A stretch of DNA of 64,000 nucleotides from Octopus bimaculoides (GCF_001194135.2 NC_068985.1:30505992-30569991); one strand, 5' to 3'. Shown: positions 39,885 to 53,812, numbered from the stretch's first letter. Notes: generated by a model not told the origin, from the letters alone. A program made the numbers and translations.

Positions 39885-40503
39885 GGCACAAAAAAAAATG
39901 GTTCATAATCACTGCTTTAGAGGATGTTACTGAGATCTCTCTTCATGAAAGCCTGACACAAAAAATTTAAGTTATGTGTGTAGAAGGTTAAGGAAGAGTG
40001 AAATGTATCAGAGCGCATATTGGTAGATATTGCATACTGCTCTAAAGTGTGTCTAGAGCCATCTTGCTGGAGAAACTGTCTTGATGAAGGTGTCACGAGT
40101 AGTCAGCGTAGAACTAATAGAGCAATGGTTAAAAGTACCTGAGGATTTTATAGGAAAAGATTGTATAGCGATAGATGTCAGGTAACAATCAAAGAATTCG
40201 ATAGAGAACATGACGACAGTAATGGCTGGGTTAAAGGCTTAGTTTATATGTGGGGGAAATAATTTCGGGAATCGGTGCGTCTGTAACGTGTATAGTTGAA
40301 GATAGAAAACTTTATTTATACACAAGCAATGTGGGAAAAATGCGGAAATAAAAAGAAGGCTGTGTGCATGCAAGTTGCCGGAGATGATAACGTCGGCGAG
40401 ACGAAGGGATTAGAACGTTGTTGCTCGATCTGCTACAAATAGCAGCCAAACCCCCTTCAAATTAGACCATATTCTCGCAAAAGCATCAACGAAAAAAAAT
40501 ACG

Positions 40504-41166
40504 GGATCTAGTTCAAAACGGGGGCACCAGTTTTCATTTATGTTTTATGTAGTGTTTTTGGTACCGAAAGACTTTCAAACTTCGTATACTTATCTATTTT
40601 GTGTTATAGAACAGAAAAAATTTTTTGTATTCGGAGTTATTTCATGTAAAAAATTGTCTTATTTCGATAATTTCAACCAATCACTGACAAGTATTCAGCT
40701 GTTTACACTTACTCCATTTATAATTTCGTTAACATCTGCCTGAACTGTATGTGTACAACATTTGCTTTTTTCATTTTCTTTCACGCGTGTTTATTTCGTT
40801 AACATCTGCCTGAACTGTATGAAAGGTTTATTAGCTACTGCCTAACCCTAACCCTAACCCTAACCCTACTGCCAATATGCTTCAACCATTTTTTGACAAG
40901 GAAATAATAATTTTATCACCGCCATAGTCGTTTGAGAATCGTTTGTTTACGTAGTCAGCACTTACTGTATTCGACTGAATGGACGTCAGTCATTGGTTGA
41001 AATTACAGAAATACGACAACTTTAACATGAAATAACTTGCGATGTACGTTTTTTTGTTAAGAAGACTAAGAGAAAAAGATGTTTTATATGACACATTCTA
41101 CCAGTGTCCCAAGTTTCAAAGTGTTTCGTTAAGAAAATACTGGTGCCCCCGTTTTGAACTAGATCC
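40504..41166. mobile_element. MITE with 28-bp perfect TIR (GGATCTAGTTCAAAACGGGGGCACCAGT), near-perfect 8-bp TSD, Merlin-like; carries a (CCCTAA)n tract
   Basis: TIRs at both ends, flanks aaaatacg / aaaatact, subterminal inverted ttcaaccaatcactgac. GG termini plus 8-bp TSD suggest Merlin (inference). Confidence 0.85.
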
Positions 41167-41394
41167 AAAATACTTCACTGTTTGCAAATAAGGCGGAATG
41201 GTTACGGTTGGAATGTCTTTGATCATAAATCTACCTGATCAGCACTGATTTAGGGTTACAACAGCTTCAAAGAACTATCAGTTAAGATAGAGATTCTAAT
41301 TGAACTTACAGAAACGAGGCTTTATCAAAGCAAGTGGTAAGGAGAGTAGATTTTTTAGAAAAGTACAGATACTACCACTTTTCAGAAAGAAGTT

Positions 41395-41700
41395 GAAATA
41401 TAGAGTGTGACCCATCCATTCACGGACCGGGCTGTGTGTTGTATCCTTAAGCAAGACACTTTATTTCACGTTGCTTCAGTTCACTCAGCTGTATAAATGA
41501 GTTGCGACATCACTGGCGCCAAGCTGTATCGGCCTTTGCCTTTCCCTTGGATAACATCAGTGGCATGGCAAGGGGAAGGCTGGTATGCATGGGCGACTGT
41601 TGATCTTCCATAAACAACCTTGCCTGGACTTGTGCCTTGGAGAGGAACTTTCTAGGTACAATCCCATGGCCATTCGTAACCGAAGGAGGTCTTTATCGTT
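41395..41700 (+). mobile_element. SINE family C (central domain tgtgttgtatccttaagcaagacacttt...)
   Basis: Domain resembles V/Meta-type SINE cores, followed by a complex tail ending accgaaggaggtcttta. Confidence 0.65.
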
Positions 41701-42452
41701 TATCCTTTAAACAATGCAAGATATTTTTTACATGACTTAGAGGAGGAAGAACAGCACACATTATATTGTTTTAGAACCTCAGAGGAAGTTATCCTCAGAT
41801 AATATTGCTGGTCCTAATACCTGAAACAGAGTGTACTCTGCTGAAAATACCCAGGTACCAAATAGTAATGTTAAACCGAGCATTTAAATGTAGGAATGGT
41901 TGCTCTGAAGGAATTCTACACAATTTTCATCAACCCAATTTCACTCACAAGGCTGTGGTTGAAAACACTTAAGGTTCCACACACTGGTATCGACCCTGAA
42001 ACAATGTCGTTGCGAAGCAAACTTCTTGACTACACAACATTGTCTAAACTCTGAACGGGAAAGAAACATAGCTCGTGTGAGTGAGTTGTTGTGGCTGTTA
42101 GCTCAAACTGAATAAATTTACTATCAAAAACGTTCCAGGTATGACCAACCCATCTTTTTGCTTATCGGGAATTCCATTGTTTGTACCCTCTTTATTTGGA
42201 CTGAGGGAGATTTTGCTAATATTTTGGCAGATCGAGAAACCCGTGAACAGAATCTCTTGCTGATATTGAATATAATCAAGGCAGGACCCAAAGAAGCGTA
42301 CAGAATTAAGTGTTTTACAGTGTAAAGTTGCCAACTGAATTAGTTTGAAAGGAAAGCATTTTTGTCCCCCTTAAGACTTGTATGAAGATTGTGGATACTT
42401 AAGCTTTAATAGCCCCCACCACTAGTAAGTCATCATTTTTAACCACAGAACA

Positions 42453-43045
42453 TGTAATAAAGGACTTTTGCTTTTAAAATACCCGTGGAGATCTAGCTTG
42501 ACCCTGCCTGCGATTTGAAACCAAATCCACCCGCTTGTTGCTTGTCAAAACAAGCGGGAAATCCTCTCCACACCAGATGATTGACGAGGAAACACTCGAC
42601 CCCCTAAGAACTGTGTTGATCAAGGAATGGTCAGTCTTTTGTTTAGGGTTTGACCTACATTACTGACCATACTCTTTACAACAGAGAACACTTCGTATCT
42701 CTTTCGCTTTTTTGTGTCAGTAGACCATGGAGCAACATGCTTTTCTGCGTCAGCCATGACCAAGAGCAACACTTCCCTTCGCCCTCAGCTCGACGTACGA
42801 ACAGAAGCTTTCGGCCACAAGAAAGACGATGTCACCTTTATCCTTTCTTCCTTTCTAGTCAGCACCGTGCATTCTTTACTCTTTCACTCTCTACTGACAG
42901 ACAATTTCTACACACTACCAACTACTAACCAGCGAGCCAACCTTTTTCTACACGATCACTACAATTACTACTGTCTTTTTAACTACCTGTTGGGCAAACG
43001 AATAAACATATGAAAATAATATTTCTTCCTTCTTGGTGTTGATTC
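42453..43045 (+). mobile_element. LTR-like element (3' end runs into gap)
   Basis: Starts TGTAAT, AATAAA at ~42990, pyrimidine-rich U5-like region, motif tttcggccac shared with the reverse complement of the 31-kb LTR. Confidence 0.5.
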
Positions 43046-43255
43046 TTCGATGTTCACTGGTTACTNNNNNNNNNNNNNNNNNNNNNNNNNNNNNNNNNNN
43101 NNNNNNNNNNNNNNNNNNNNNNNNNNNNNNNNNNNNNNNNNNNNNNNNNNNNNNNNNNNNNNNNNNNNNNNNNNNNNNNNNNNNNNNNNNNNNNNNNNNN
43201 NNNNNNNNNNNNNNNNNNNNNNNNNNNNNNNNNNNNNNNNNNNNNNNNNNNNNNN

Positions 43256-43543
43256 AAAACATCTAAAGCTCCACGAGGCTCCGGCAGGCGATGGTGGCGA
43301 ACCCTGCTGTACTCTTTCACCACAACTTTCTCTCACTCTTTCTTCCTGTTTCTGTTGTACTTGTAATTCAAAGGACCAGTCTTGTCACACTGTGTCACGC
43401 TGAATATCCCCGAGAACTACGTTAAGGGTACACGTGTCTGTGGAGTGCTCAGCCACTTGCACGTTAATTTCACGAGCAAGCTGTTCCGTTGATCGAATCA
43501 ACTGGAACCCTCGACGTCGTAAGCGACGGAGTGCCAACAACAA
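43256..43543 (+). mobile_element. SINE family E with RTE-type tail ...cgtcgtaagcgacggagtgcc(aac)n
   Basis: GC-rich element ending in AAC repeats. Identical tail occurs independently at 30478-30512. Confidence 0.7.
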
Positions 43544-43820
43544 TCTGTGTAATTATTGCTGACATTGGTACACTGAAAATACAATGAAATTGATAAAATT
43601 GCAGTTACAGAAGAACTATATATGCATAATGTTTGGTGCCCTAGCATGGCCACAGCTTTAGGGCTGAAACGTATAAAAGAATGAAAATAATTTAACTCTT
43701 TTACCTTCCGAGGGAGTGGAGGGACTCTCTCATTTGAAATTTGTTTTGATATACTTATCACAATGCGTCGTATTCTGTTTTTCTGAATAACTGAGTGGAA
43801 TACTCACTGTTTGTTTAAAC

Positions 43821-44294
43821 CAGGGGTTCTCAACCTTTACTATTTTGTTCTAGTGAACCCCCATAGCCATTCGATGTTTAAAAACTAGTTTTATAGATGC
43901 TTCTTTCAGAATTCCTATTTTGTTTATCACACATTCCGTTGAGTAGGCTGAACTATGTAAAACGTGATTCTCAACCATTTTTTTATCTATGGACCCCTTT
44001 TATTATTGTTTCGTTCTTGGGAACCCCATAGCCATTCGCTGTTTAAAGACCACTTTTATAGACACTTTCAAAATTCCTATTTTGCTTATCACACATCAAC
44101 TTGAGTAAGCTTAGCTATATAAAACATCAGAGAAACTCAGCTGTTTCTTGCAATAAATACATCTAATGCATAAAATTTTCATGGACACATAAAATACTCT
44201 CGTGGATTCCAAATTTACTATTTTGCTTGTGTGGAAGCCCAGAAATCTTATACGGACTCCAAGGGGCCATGTGGATCCCAGTTGAGAACCACTA
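43821..44294. mobile_element. hAT (Charlie-like) MITE, 8-bp TSD GTTTAAAC, duplicated 5' end
   Basis: TIR caggggttctcaac / gttgagaaccacta, with GTTTAAAC at 43813-43820 and 44295-44302. Confidence 0.9.
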
Positions 44295-46519
44295 GTTTAA
44301 ACCTTCTCCGAAGATGCTGCGATTCCTTGTCACACTGGGATGAGGACGGGGTGCCTGAAGAAAGAACCTCTCTCCACGCCGCCAACGTAGTTGCTGCAGC
44401 GGCTATCGCTGGCTGATTCTTTACGGCAACATTTTTACAATACTATCTACGGAGCATAGGTGAACAAATTATTCAACAGATAATGCGGCATTTGTTTGTT
44501 TCAATAAATATATGGTATGTTTGTTGGAAAAAATAAAATTTAATGAAAGAAAAATAATGAGCATCTAAATCTCTGCAAGACTTCGTTTCAACGGGAAATC
44601 AGCATCAGTTTTCTATATTTAAAAATAAAGTGATTATAACCAACATTATTGGTGTCGCAGACAGGTAGGTTTTCATGTCGAAACGACTTTCTTGAGTAGC
44701 AGACGACTATTGCATAAGTCATGTGGTAGGGAACGAGATTACACGAGAGTGAGAAATAACATTAATATTCTTACTTTTTGTCATCGATGTGGCTAGGTAA
44801 GTAATCAATTAAACATTTGTATATGTAACACTTACTCATGTGCCTGTAGTAGTCTGCTTATTTTCTCCTTTTGTACCAGCATAGAAACATTATTTTGAAT
44901 TACAACCTGATATATTTCACATAATGCCCCTTTGTTTATTTCAATTCTATGACAATTATTTCTACGTCCTTGTTTTCTCTTAGCCCCGCCTCTTTCCATT
45001 ATTTTGTTTGGATCGTGCTGAGTTTTATGTTTACACATGTATGCGTTACTGTATTGAACATAGACATGTTTTTTGTTTTTTTTTAGATATCTGTGTTTTC
45101 TCATTATGCATACAATTCGATATATGTTAACAGAATAGTTCATATTTACTTGAACACCCTTTTACATTTTTATAATAAAAAAAAAAAAAAAAAACGCTTG
45201 AAGGGGTTAGCGTACTGTTGTTATGTTCGTGATTACAAAATTTAATCTTGTTTAGCACCTTTTATTCTATTAGATGTAATAAACTGACTGACGTCCGCAG
45301 TGTGAAAAAAAAATGCACCACCTGTCACTCTGGAAACCTGTGTCATACCACTGTGCGAAAATCAACACCTATTAGTAGACATAATTCTAGCTTAAAGGAA
45401 ATTCATATCTTAGCGTTCTGAACCGTTGCATTAATCTGATATCATCAGATTATCGTATTCTTTATAAATGCTAGTTTCTTCTGCTTTAAATACTAAAATA
45501 AATGATAGGGAAAAATTCATAATTGAATTAATAAGGATATCCGAACCCGGCAATAATGCAGCCATTTTAGCTACACGAGCTGCGATATTGCCTCTCAAAG
45601 AAAAGAAATGACAACACTTCCTTTGAAGAGAAATTGCTGAGGGTGTTCATTTATTATGGTTATGAGTGTTTATGAATTAAAAGATTGAGTGTGCAATTTC
45701 TCTTTATTCCATATGACTGTTGAAAGAAGATTAAAATTGTTGATTAAGATGTGAGAATACTGTGGTAAGTAAAACCTGATTTTCCCGGGACGGAAAAGAA
45801 AAAGAAAAGTATGCAATTGTATTTTATGATTTGGACGAAGTGGAGTGAGGTGGGGGGCAATTTTCATTGAAGGGTCTCTCTCTCTCTCAATGATCATATT
45901 GTTGAATGATAAAATAGCGTGTTTATAGTCAATATTTTCAACATCAAATATGTTATAGGCAAGAGGGTCGAATGAGGTGATTATAAAAATGTAGGGACCA
46001 GCTATAGCATTATTCTTTAGTCGAGCAAGCAAGAAGAATTGTGAAATATTTTTGTATTCGGTCCTTGTTCTGGACATCTGTTATTACAAAATCTCTTCAG
46101 TCAGCGTGTGTGTTTGTGTGTGTATACACGTGTGTGAGATAGTTCGTAAACAAATCTAACGAAACAATTCACCAATTTATTTGTGTATTGATGGAAGTAA
46201 GAATGATGCATATTCTTTCGCAAACTATTTTGTATTAAGGTTTAGATTAGATTCTGCTATTGAATAAATAGTCTGTACCTCTATGAGAGTTGAAATCACT
46301 CAACAAATACTGTTTTAACTGTCATTTTTCACCATCTTGAAATGAAGTAATCGCTGTTTAGGGAAAATGTCTTCTAGTTGTAAACAAAAATAATTATCCT
46401 TCACGCTAATGATATTTTTACATAGACAGTAAAGCCAGCAAAGTGTTGTCGTTGTTACACTCCAGTGCTACCCCTATCTGGCAAACCCATGAGGACTACA
46501 TTATTCAACGTGTTCTTCC

Positions 46520-46790
46520 TTTTTAAGAAGCTAGTATTTTGTTTGAGGTCATTTGGCTGCTGTTTCTAGCAGGGCGAGCTTTAGCATAGCGGCACCCTCG
46601 TTGATTTAAGGCTCTCTCGGTAGGTGGGAAATGTGGGAGAATGTGACATTTATGTCTTTTCATAGACTCATCACTGTTTATGAAGTTTGTATCTTCAACC
46701 CGGGGTGGGATGTATTTACATTCAGTTTGCTGGGAATGAATAGAAAGAACCATTGATTCTAGTCCGTCTTGTCGAGGTGAGGCCCTACTT
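46520..46790 (+). promoter_or_regulatory. CpG-containing island, candidate first exon with donors CG|GTAGGT (~46620) and GAG|GTGAGG (~46776), upstream of the CpG-depleted domain
   Basis: Locally GC-richer unique sequence, two good donor sites, about 1.2 kb before the onset of CpG depletion. Confidence 0.3.
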
Positions 46791-49180
46791 TTTGATAGAA
46801 TAGATATAATGACATAGTCTAAAATACAGAACTTCGTTAATCACTAAACAAAGAATATTGTTTTTCCTATGTATTTTCGTATACTTTCGGGGGTCTTTTT
46901 ATACATGTATTTTTACACTACGTTATCCTCTCGTACAAAAAGAACCCGAAAAGATACACGCAAAGTAGACAAAAATACAAAGGATTAAATTAAATCTTAT
47001 TATTTTATGAGGTAGACATTTATTATTCGTCACTAGTGTCTATAATGATTCGTCTACCATCAGTTGAGACGATTCACACTTCTCATTTGAAATATTTTCA
47101 TATTCACACCTTAAACAAACTATAAAAGCAACATGGAAATTAGTTAAAAAATCATTTTCTGTGCCATATAGGAAGGAAATGAAGGAAGACTTAGGAAATT
47201 TACAACTGTTATGTTGTTAGACTTGTTATGAAAGGTGTTCCAGCGGCGACACTCATTTTGTATATTTAGTACTACATTATCCAAGGTGCCGATCTCTTTT
47301 TAAAGGAGCGGATTTTACTATTATTTCCAACAGGTCCGATGACCACATAGAAATTTCCTTATCTCTTTACATGCATTATAAAGTCTCACTCTTGCTATAC
47401 GATACGGCTAAATAAGAAACAATACTATGTTTTCAGTTATATCATATAACCTGACAAAATTATATCTATTACACATTTATAATTAAGATAAATTGTTCAG
47501 ATCACGATACCTCGACCTATTCTAAAAAGAATGTTAAAGCCAAAGTAATATTTGTTTCATGTTATCCATTCATCGTTTCCTACTCTCTCAAAATACTTGC
47601 TTAGGTCATGGTTTGAGTAGTTATATTATGATTCTATTTATTAATCTTACACATTTTTTTTTTCTTTTTGTCAACGATAATCTATATTAATCCCTAATAG
47701 TAAACTGTTTTTGTTAAAAAAGAAAAAGAAAAAAACTTTGCTGATGTATATTGTATATGAAGCTGTTTGAGACTACAATGATGCCAATTATTTGCTTACA
47801 CTTCTTTCTTCGTTACTTTTAGTGTCATTGATTCATTATACAGGCTGACAGTAGCATTTTTTCTTTTTAGGTTAATTCTTTTTATAAATCAGTAGGATTC
47901 GTCTGATCAGTGCTTATAGCCCCTTTCTCTTGTGTTATGCAAATGTGAGATAAATTTTTCTGCTTGGATGGGTTGTTATATTATGTAAGTGTCTCCTGTG
48001 AAGTAAGACACCTATCTGAATGAGTTAAGACAAGTGGAACCAAGTGTTTTGCCAAAAGGCAAACTGAAATGCCAGTCATGTACCATATTCATTTGGCCAT
48101 TTACTTTGTAAGTGTGCTTGTGTATTTCACACACAACAATGAAGCCATTATATTATATGTCAAGTATCAATGATATTTCTATAATTCTATATTTTTTGTG
48201 GTGCCAACAATAACATTGTAAAATCAAAACTTCTTAATTCACAAAGGAGACTTTGAGATTCCCTTCCCTTAAAAATGCACAAAGGGTTCTCTCAAGATTG
48301 TGTTTTTGGTTCTCAACTTTTAATTTTTCTAATGAAAACTGTTAAGAATGTGAACATCTATTATATGCACCATGCATTGCCAGATGAAGTAAATTTAGAT
48401 GAATAACATCTCTTTTCTATTCAACAATATAACCCATGGCATCTTTATATTTATGGACTCTAGACATTAATGTAATCAATGTTGTTAACTTTGATAGAAA
48501 GTTATGTGGTGAGAGTGTTCTGCTGGGAAAAGTCATGTAACTTCTGGACAAGAAGACCTATTATCAAAAGCATTCTAGCCATACCATCTCTTCAGACATA
48601 ATTTATATTGGACTACATTATCTAGTATTTTTTTTTTTATAGATGACAGTTTGATTTGAGAGACTTGGCTGCTATTTTGAGCAAGTCAAGTAACTATGTA
48701 GAGGCTCTCTCATTAGTATTGGCTTGTTAAGGAAAAGTGCTTAGTAGGGAAAATGTTTTTAGTAAAGGTTAAAAAGAGTTGGAAATAATTGACAGAGTTG
48801 AGTGTATTGAGTATTACACTTGTCTCTCTTACAGACCAAGCATGGGAAGAAGACACAATTCAAAGTTAAATTTAGCAGTGGAAACAGTGATGATAAATGT
48901 GTGTAGCAAGCATCTGATATTTTAATGACTGATGTACTATAAAATATAGGCTAAAGTACAGTTTTCTCTGAAGGGAAATCCAATTGATTTTTAGCTATGC
49001 TTCCAAAATATATTAAATTAGAGCTATTTATGTCTTCCATGTAAAAGATATTTTGAATGCTTTCAGTTCAATGTTGGCCTTGATGTTTTCTTTCGATTTT
49101 TACTAGCACATTTTCTTGAAATAATGGTAAATTAGTAGTGCTTGTCTATTGAACAGTAATAAACTGTATCACATGATGTA

Positions 49181-50503
49181 CAAGGGTTGGCTGAAAAGTT
49201 CATAGATTGACTAAGATACTCTCAGAGAATATGACCAAATGAGGTTTATTTTTCAACATAGTCCACCCCCACTGCAGTCCACAAATTTCTTCCATCAGTG
49301 TTGCAGTGCTTGGATCCCATTGGTGAAAAAGCTTTCATCCTGTTGGTCAAAAAATTGTCATGGTGGGGCCCCAGTATGGCTGCAGTCTAATGAGTAAAAC
49401 AAGTAAAATGAGAAAACAGCAGATATGATGTCATCATCACTGCAATACTGGTTTTCAGAAAAGTGTTTTCCCATGTTAGGGAACAGATGATAGTCAGATG
49501 GGGCCAAATGAAGAGAGAATAGGGAGGGTGATCAACAAGTTCAAAGCCACAATCATGCACAGCAGCTATTGAAAGCAAGGACTTGTGTGCTAGAGCATTG
49601 TCCTAACAAAACAAAACCCCTTTCATCAGCTTTCCAAGGCGTTTGGTCTTGATAGCCTTTCTTAACTGCTTCAGCAAGTTGACATTGTGCTCTCCATTGA
49701 TGGTGTGACTCTTTTGAAGATAGTCAATGAACACAATACTTTTTGCATCTGAAAAAAAACTGAGGCCATCACCTTCCTTCCCTGCAGATGAAACAACCTT
49801 GGCCTTTTAGGAGTAGGTGAGGAGGGGTGTTTCCACTGCATGGATTATCATTTTCTCTCTGGCTCAAAGTGATGAGGCCAACACTCATCCTTTAGGAAAC
49901 TTTCAAGGAACCAAGTGGATCTGCCTCAAACAAGTCAGATTTTCTCATGATGCAATCAACCTGGTGTACTTTTGATCAGGTGCCTGAAGATGTAGCACTC
50001 ACTGAACAGATACTTTTGCCATGCTGAGTTCATTGTGCAGAATATTCTCAACTCTCATATCCCATGAGGATATGCTAATAACATTGGCTTTTTAATTGAT
50101 AGTCAGTTGCCTGTCATCCATTACCTTGTGGTGAGCATGATCAATGTTTTCCTTGGTGGTGACATTTGCAGGACATCCAGATCTTCGATCATCTTCAAGA
50201 CTCCCCCCCTCTAAATTCAGCTGTCCACTTTTGTTCTGTCGATAAAGCTGGAGTGTTATCCCCTAACATAGTAACCACATTAGCATTGATGCTGTTTGGA
50301 GCTAAACTGTTATTCTGCAGGTACTTGATAACACCACAATGCCAAATTTTGTTCATTTTCATGAGAAGTGGATACTAGTTACTTTTCAGGTTTTCTTTAA
50401 ACAGTCAGATGTCGGTTTACTTGGAAAGAAACTATGCAGTTATTTATAAGAAGAGTTGAAATTAATGCATGCAAAATTTCACAGTTTTAGCACCACTCCT
50501 TCA
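49181..50503 (-). mobile_element. Degenerate full-length mariner (~1.3 kb)
   Basis: Minus frame gives AAVHDCGFELVDHPPYSL (HPPYSPDL motif). Imperfect TIRs flanked by TA. Many stops and frameshifts. Confidence 0.8.
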
Positions 50504-51084
50504 TATACTAAAACCAATCTTATGTCAGCCAGGTAAAGCTATCTAGCATATCTTGTAACATTGAGTTGCTGGAACACTATGAAAATGGGTGATGAAAGCA
50601 CAATATTTAATTTGTATGGTGTAAAAGAGAAATAATATAGGAGTGGTTAATTGACTGAAACAGGAAGAGTTCAACAGAACAGATATCTTCCAAAATCTTA
50701 TCCATACTATTAGAATTCTGGACAACATAGGTGTTCACATTAAAAAAAAAAAAATAAGGCATAAAATGAAGTTCCCATTTTTGAAAAACTACCAAACAAT
50801 CCATTGAGTTATTGGAACATCACTAAAATATCTTTTTGTAGTGATTTAAGAATGAATACACTGGAGTGGATTCTGTTGCTTTTTACTTTTCTATGCATAT
50901 CAGAGGATTTGAGTTCAATATTACAAACTGATGAAACATTTTTCAATTACATCATGCTCCTTCTACTGAATTGTTTCTCTTTATAGATTAAGCAATTGAA
51001 ATTTAAGATTTGTTTTTGTCAAATAGTGTAACACTATTATATATACTGTGATATCACACATTAACAATTTGGAAATATTGATTT

Positions 51085-53812
51085 CAAATCTTGGCACAAG
51101 GCCAGTAATTTCAGGAAGAGGTAAGTCAATTGCATCAACTCCAGTACTCAACTGGTACTTATTTTATCAACCCTGAAAGGATGAAAAGTAAAGTCGACCT
51201 CAGCGGAATTTGAACTCAGAATGTGAAGACAGTATGTTCACATTTTGAGTTCACTACCGTAAACAATTTGGAAATATTGATGTATGTTAGTAATGGTAAA
51301 TTGATGATTATTATAATTAAAACAGTGACAGTCAAGGAAGTGGTGCTAAAATTAATGATTTAACAGTTATTAACTACCTCTGGCTAAACTAGTACATTAA
51401 TTCATTAGAAATAGCTTTTGTTGGTTAATCCTATAAGAAACCTGATTGAACATATCTATGACCAAAGATCTTTTATCTATAACCATTCCATTTTTTAAGC
51501 ATATGTAGGACTATATTGTCTAATATGTGCTATCCTTAAGATGCTAGGGTGTAATTTGAGTGATATTTGGCTACTATTTCTAGCTGGTTGGAGGGCAGTG
51601 TAAGAGGCTCCCTTTTTTATTTATATTTAATGTTATATTGCTTATATAAAACTGACAATAATGAAGAGGAAGATGATCAATGAAACACTATCCTTTTTCA
51701 TCTGTACGAACTGCTAAGTATTTTAGGAAAATATTAAACATTGTTTGTATCTTGGATTACTTTAATTACTCCATTTACATTATGGTGATTGCTTAGTGAA
51801 AGAAGCACTAAGCGTTAACTTTATGTTATAATACAATTATTGATTTTAACATCGTTCTATTTGAATGCATGAATTATTTACACTGATTCTATCTCTAAAA
51901 ATTCCATTTGAGGATTAATACTTTTATTAAGAACTCACACATCTCTTGTATCTGTGTCCTTAGTCTTCTTTTATGATCAATAGTTGTAGCATTTTCTCAG
52001 CTTACTATTCTCTCTCTCTCTTTTATGTTATATGCAAAGTACTACCATTTTACACATTCAACATATCCAAATACTAAAAAAACTGGGTACCACTATTTTT
52101 TTACATTTGCTCGACTGATTGCTTGTGTGTCAGTTTTGATACTGATTTCAAATTTTGGCAGAAGACCAGCAATTTCAGGGGAGGGGATTAGTTAATTACA
52201 TCAACCCCAGTGTTCAACTAGTACTTATTTTGTCAAACCTCCAAAAAGATGAAAGATAGTGTCGACCTTGGCAGAATTTGAACTCAGAACATAGAGATGG
52301 ATGTAATGCCGCTAAGCATTTTGTCCGGTGTGATAATAATTCTGCCAGCTCACTGCTTTATGTCTGTTCTGATATTGCAAAATGTTAGGGATAGAGTGAA
52401 TTCCTGTAAAGGTAGAGACAAGGGGTAAGTGGCAGCATTAAGCCAAATGACATATTAAATCTACCACCTAAAAACAGATATAGTTCATTTGATGGACTTC
52501 TACACAGTTTCCACCTACCCAGTTTCCCTCTCGAGGCTTGAGTTGACTTAAGTCAGTGGCAAAAAACACTTGTCAAAAGTTCCATACAGAAGGATTGAAC
52601 TCAAAACAATGTGATTATGAAGCAAACTTCTTAACCTGACCATGCTGGTGTTTATATGTAGGAAAAATTCACCTTTATTTTTGTTAACCTTTTAGTGAAT
52701 ATTTGGCTTGATAATTTAATGGAATGAGAGTGGGGTTCACATCAAACATAGCTATAATTTAGAAAGTGAGACTTAATTTTTAAAATGCTTTAGATCTCTT
52801 TGGGTTCTGTCTGTCCTTTACATTCCCAGCACATAGTCATTCAACATTTGTTGTCAGTGAAAGTGATATGTAATTCATTTAAGTTACATTTAACTTTTAT
52901 TTTGGATTACAAATATATTTTCAAGTGTATATCTAACTTCTTTTTACAATTTTCTTTTACTTTTATGAAAAAATTTGCTTCTTCATATTTTAAGAGTTAT
53001 ATTTAACAATTCTGCAAAATATTTTCTTTTTGGTGTCTTTTATATGACTACTTAGTTAAGATATTGGTCAGATTTACAGCATGCTCAAAATAAGCTGTAA
53101 AAAGTAAAGTTTCGCTCTCATTTGGAAGGTTATCCAGCTGTATCATATAATTCGGTATTTTGTACTAGAATTCCTAACTAGATAAATTATCCTTATACAT
53201 GATAACAGAAAATCAAATGCGAAATGTTAAAAAGAGCAAAAAAATCTATGTATTTAGATTGTGTATAATCTTGATTACAAGTTTAGATGGAACAATCCTA
53301 CTCTCTCTCCCTCCCTCTCTCTGACACCTTTCCTTCCAAAAACTTCATATTTTCTTCTCACTTCTTCCTCTAGAGTTTTAATAATAATAAGGGCTTATGG
53401 AAAACACTATTCAACAAAGGTTTGGATGGGGTGCCATTTTCTTGATAAGCAACTGAATCCATGAACGGAAAGTTAGTATTTTTTGTCTTTTTCTTATATT
53501 CTATGGCATTAGACTGGATTGGGTTTTAGATATTCAAAATTCTGTGTTGCATCTATAAAATAGCAACGTCTCACTTTACACTCCAAGAAATGGAAAATTT
53601 TGTTATTAAGGTGAGTTGGCAGAATCATTAGCACACCATACAAAAAGCTTAGCATAATTTCTTCTAATTCTTTACATTCTATGTTCAAATTCTGCCAAGG
53701 TCAACTTTGCCTTTCATTCTTTTCAGTGTACCAGTCAAGTACTGGCATCAATGTAACTGACTTGCATCCTCCTCTCAGAAACTGCTGACTTGGTGCCAAA
53801 ATTTGAAAGAAT
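51085..53812. mobile_element. Three old SINE B copies (51085-51228 minus, 52145-52335 minus, 53608-53812 plus) with CpG decay
   Basis: Align to SINE B but show CG>TG/CA changes, e.g. gtgagttggcagaatcattagcacacc versus gcgagctggcagaatcgttaacacgc at 16157. Confidence 0.8.

Noticed and set aside
40841-40868. Telomerase RNA template or chromosome-end remnant
   Set aside because: The tract is inside a TIR/TSD-bounded MITE and is only ~28 bp.
46520-46790. Structured ncRNA (RNase P/MRP, 7SK, U3, telomerase RNA)
   Set aside because: None of the diagnostic motifs found. Splice donors favour a first exon.
48886-48935. C/D box snoRNA (GTGATGA...CTGA with short terminal stem)
   Set aside because: Only ~50 nt and no rRNA/snRNA guide recognised. 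It overlaps a possible exon after the acceptor at 48834, itself unresolved.
50804-50986. Signal-peptide-like ORF MNTLEWILLLFTFLCIS
   Set aside because: Hydrophobicity is expected from T-rich DNA, and there is no donor or homology support.
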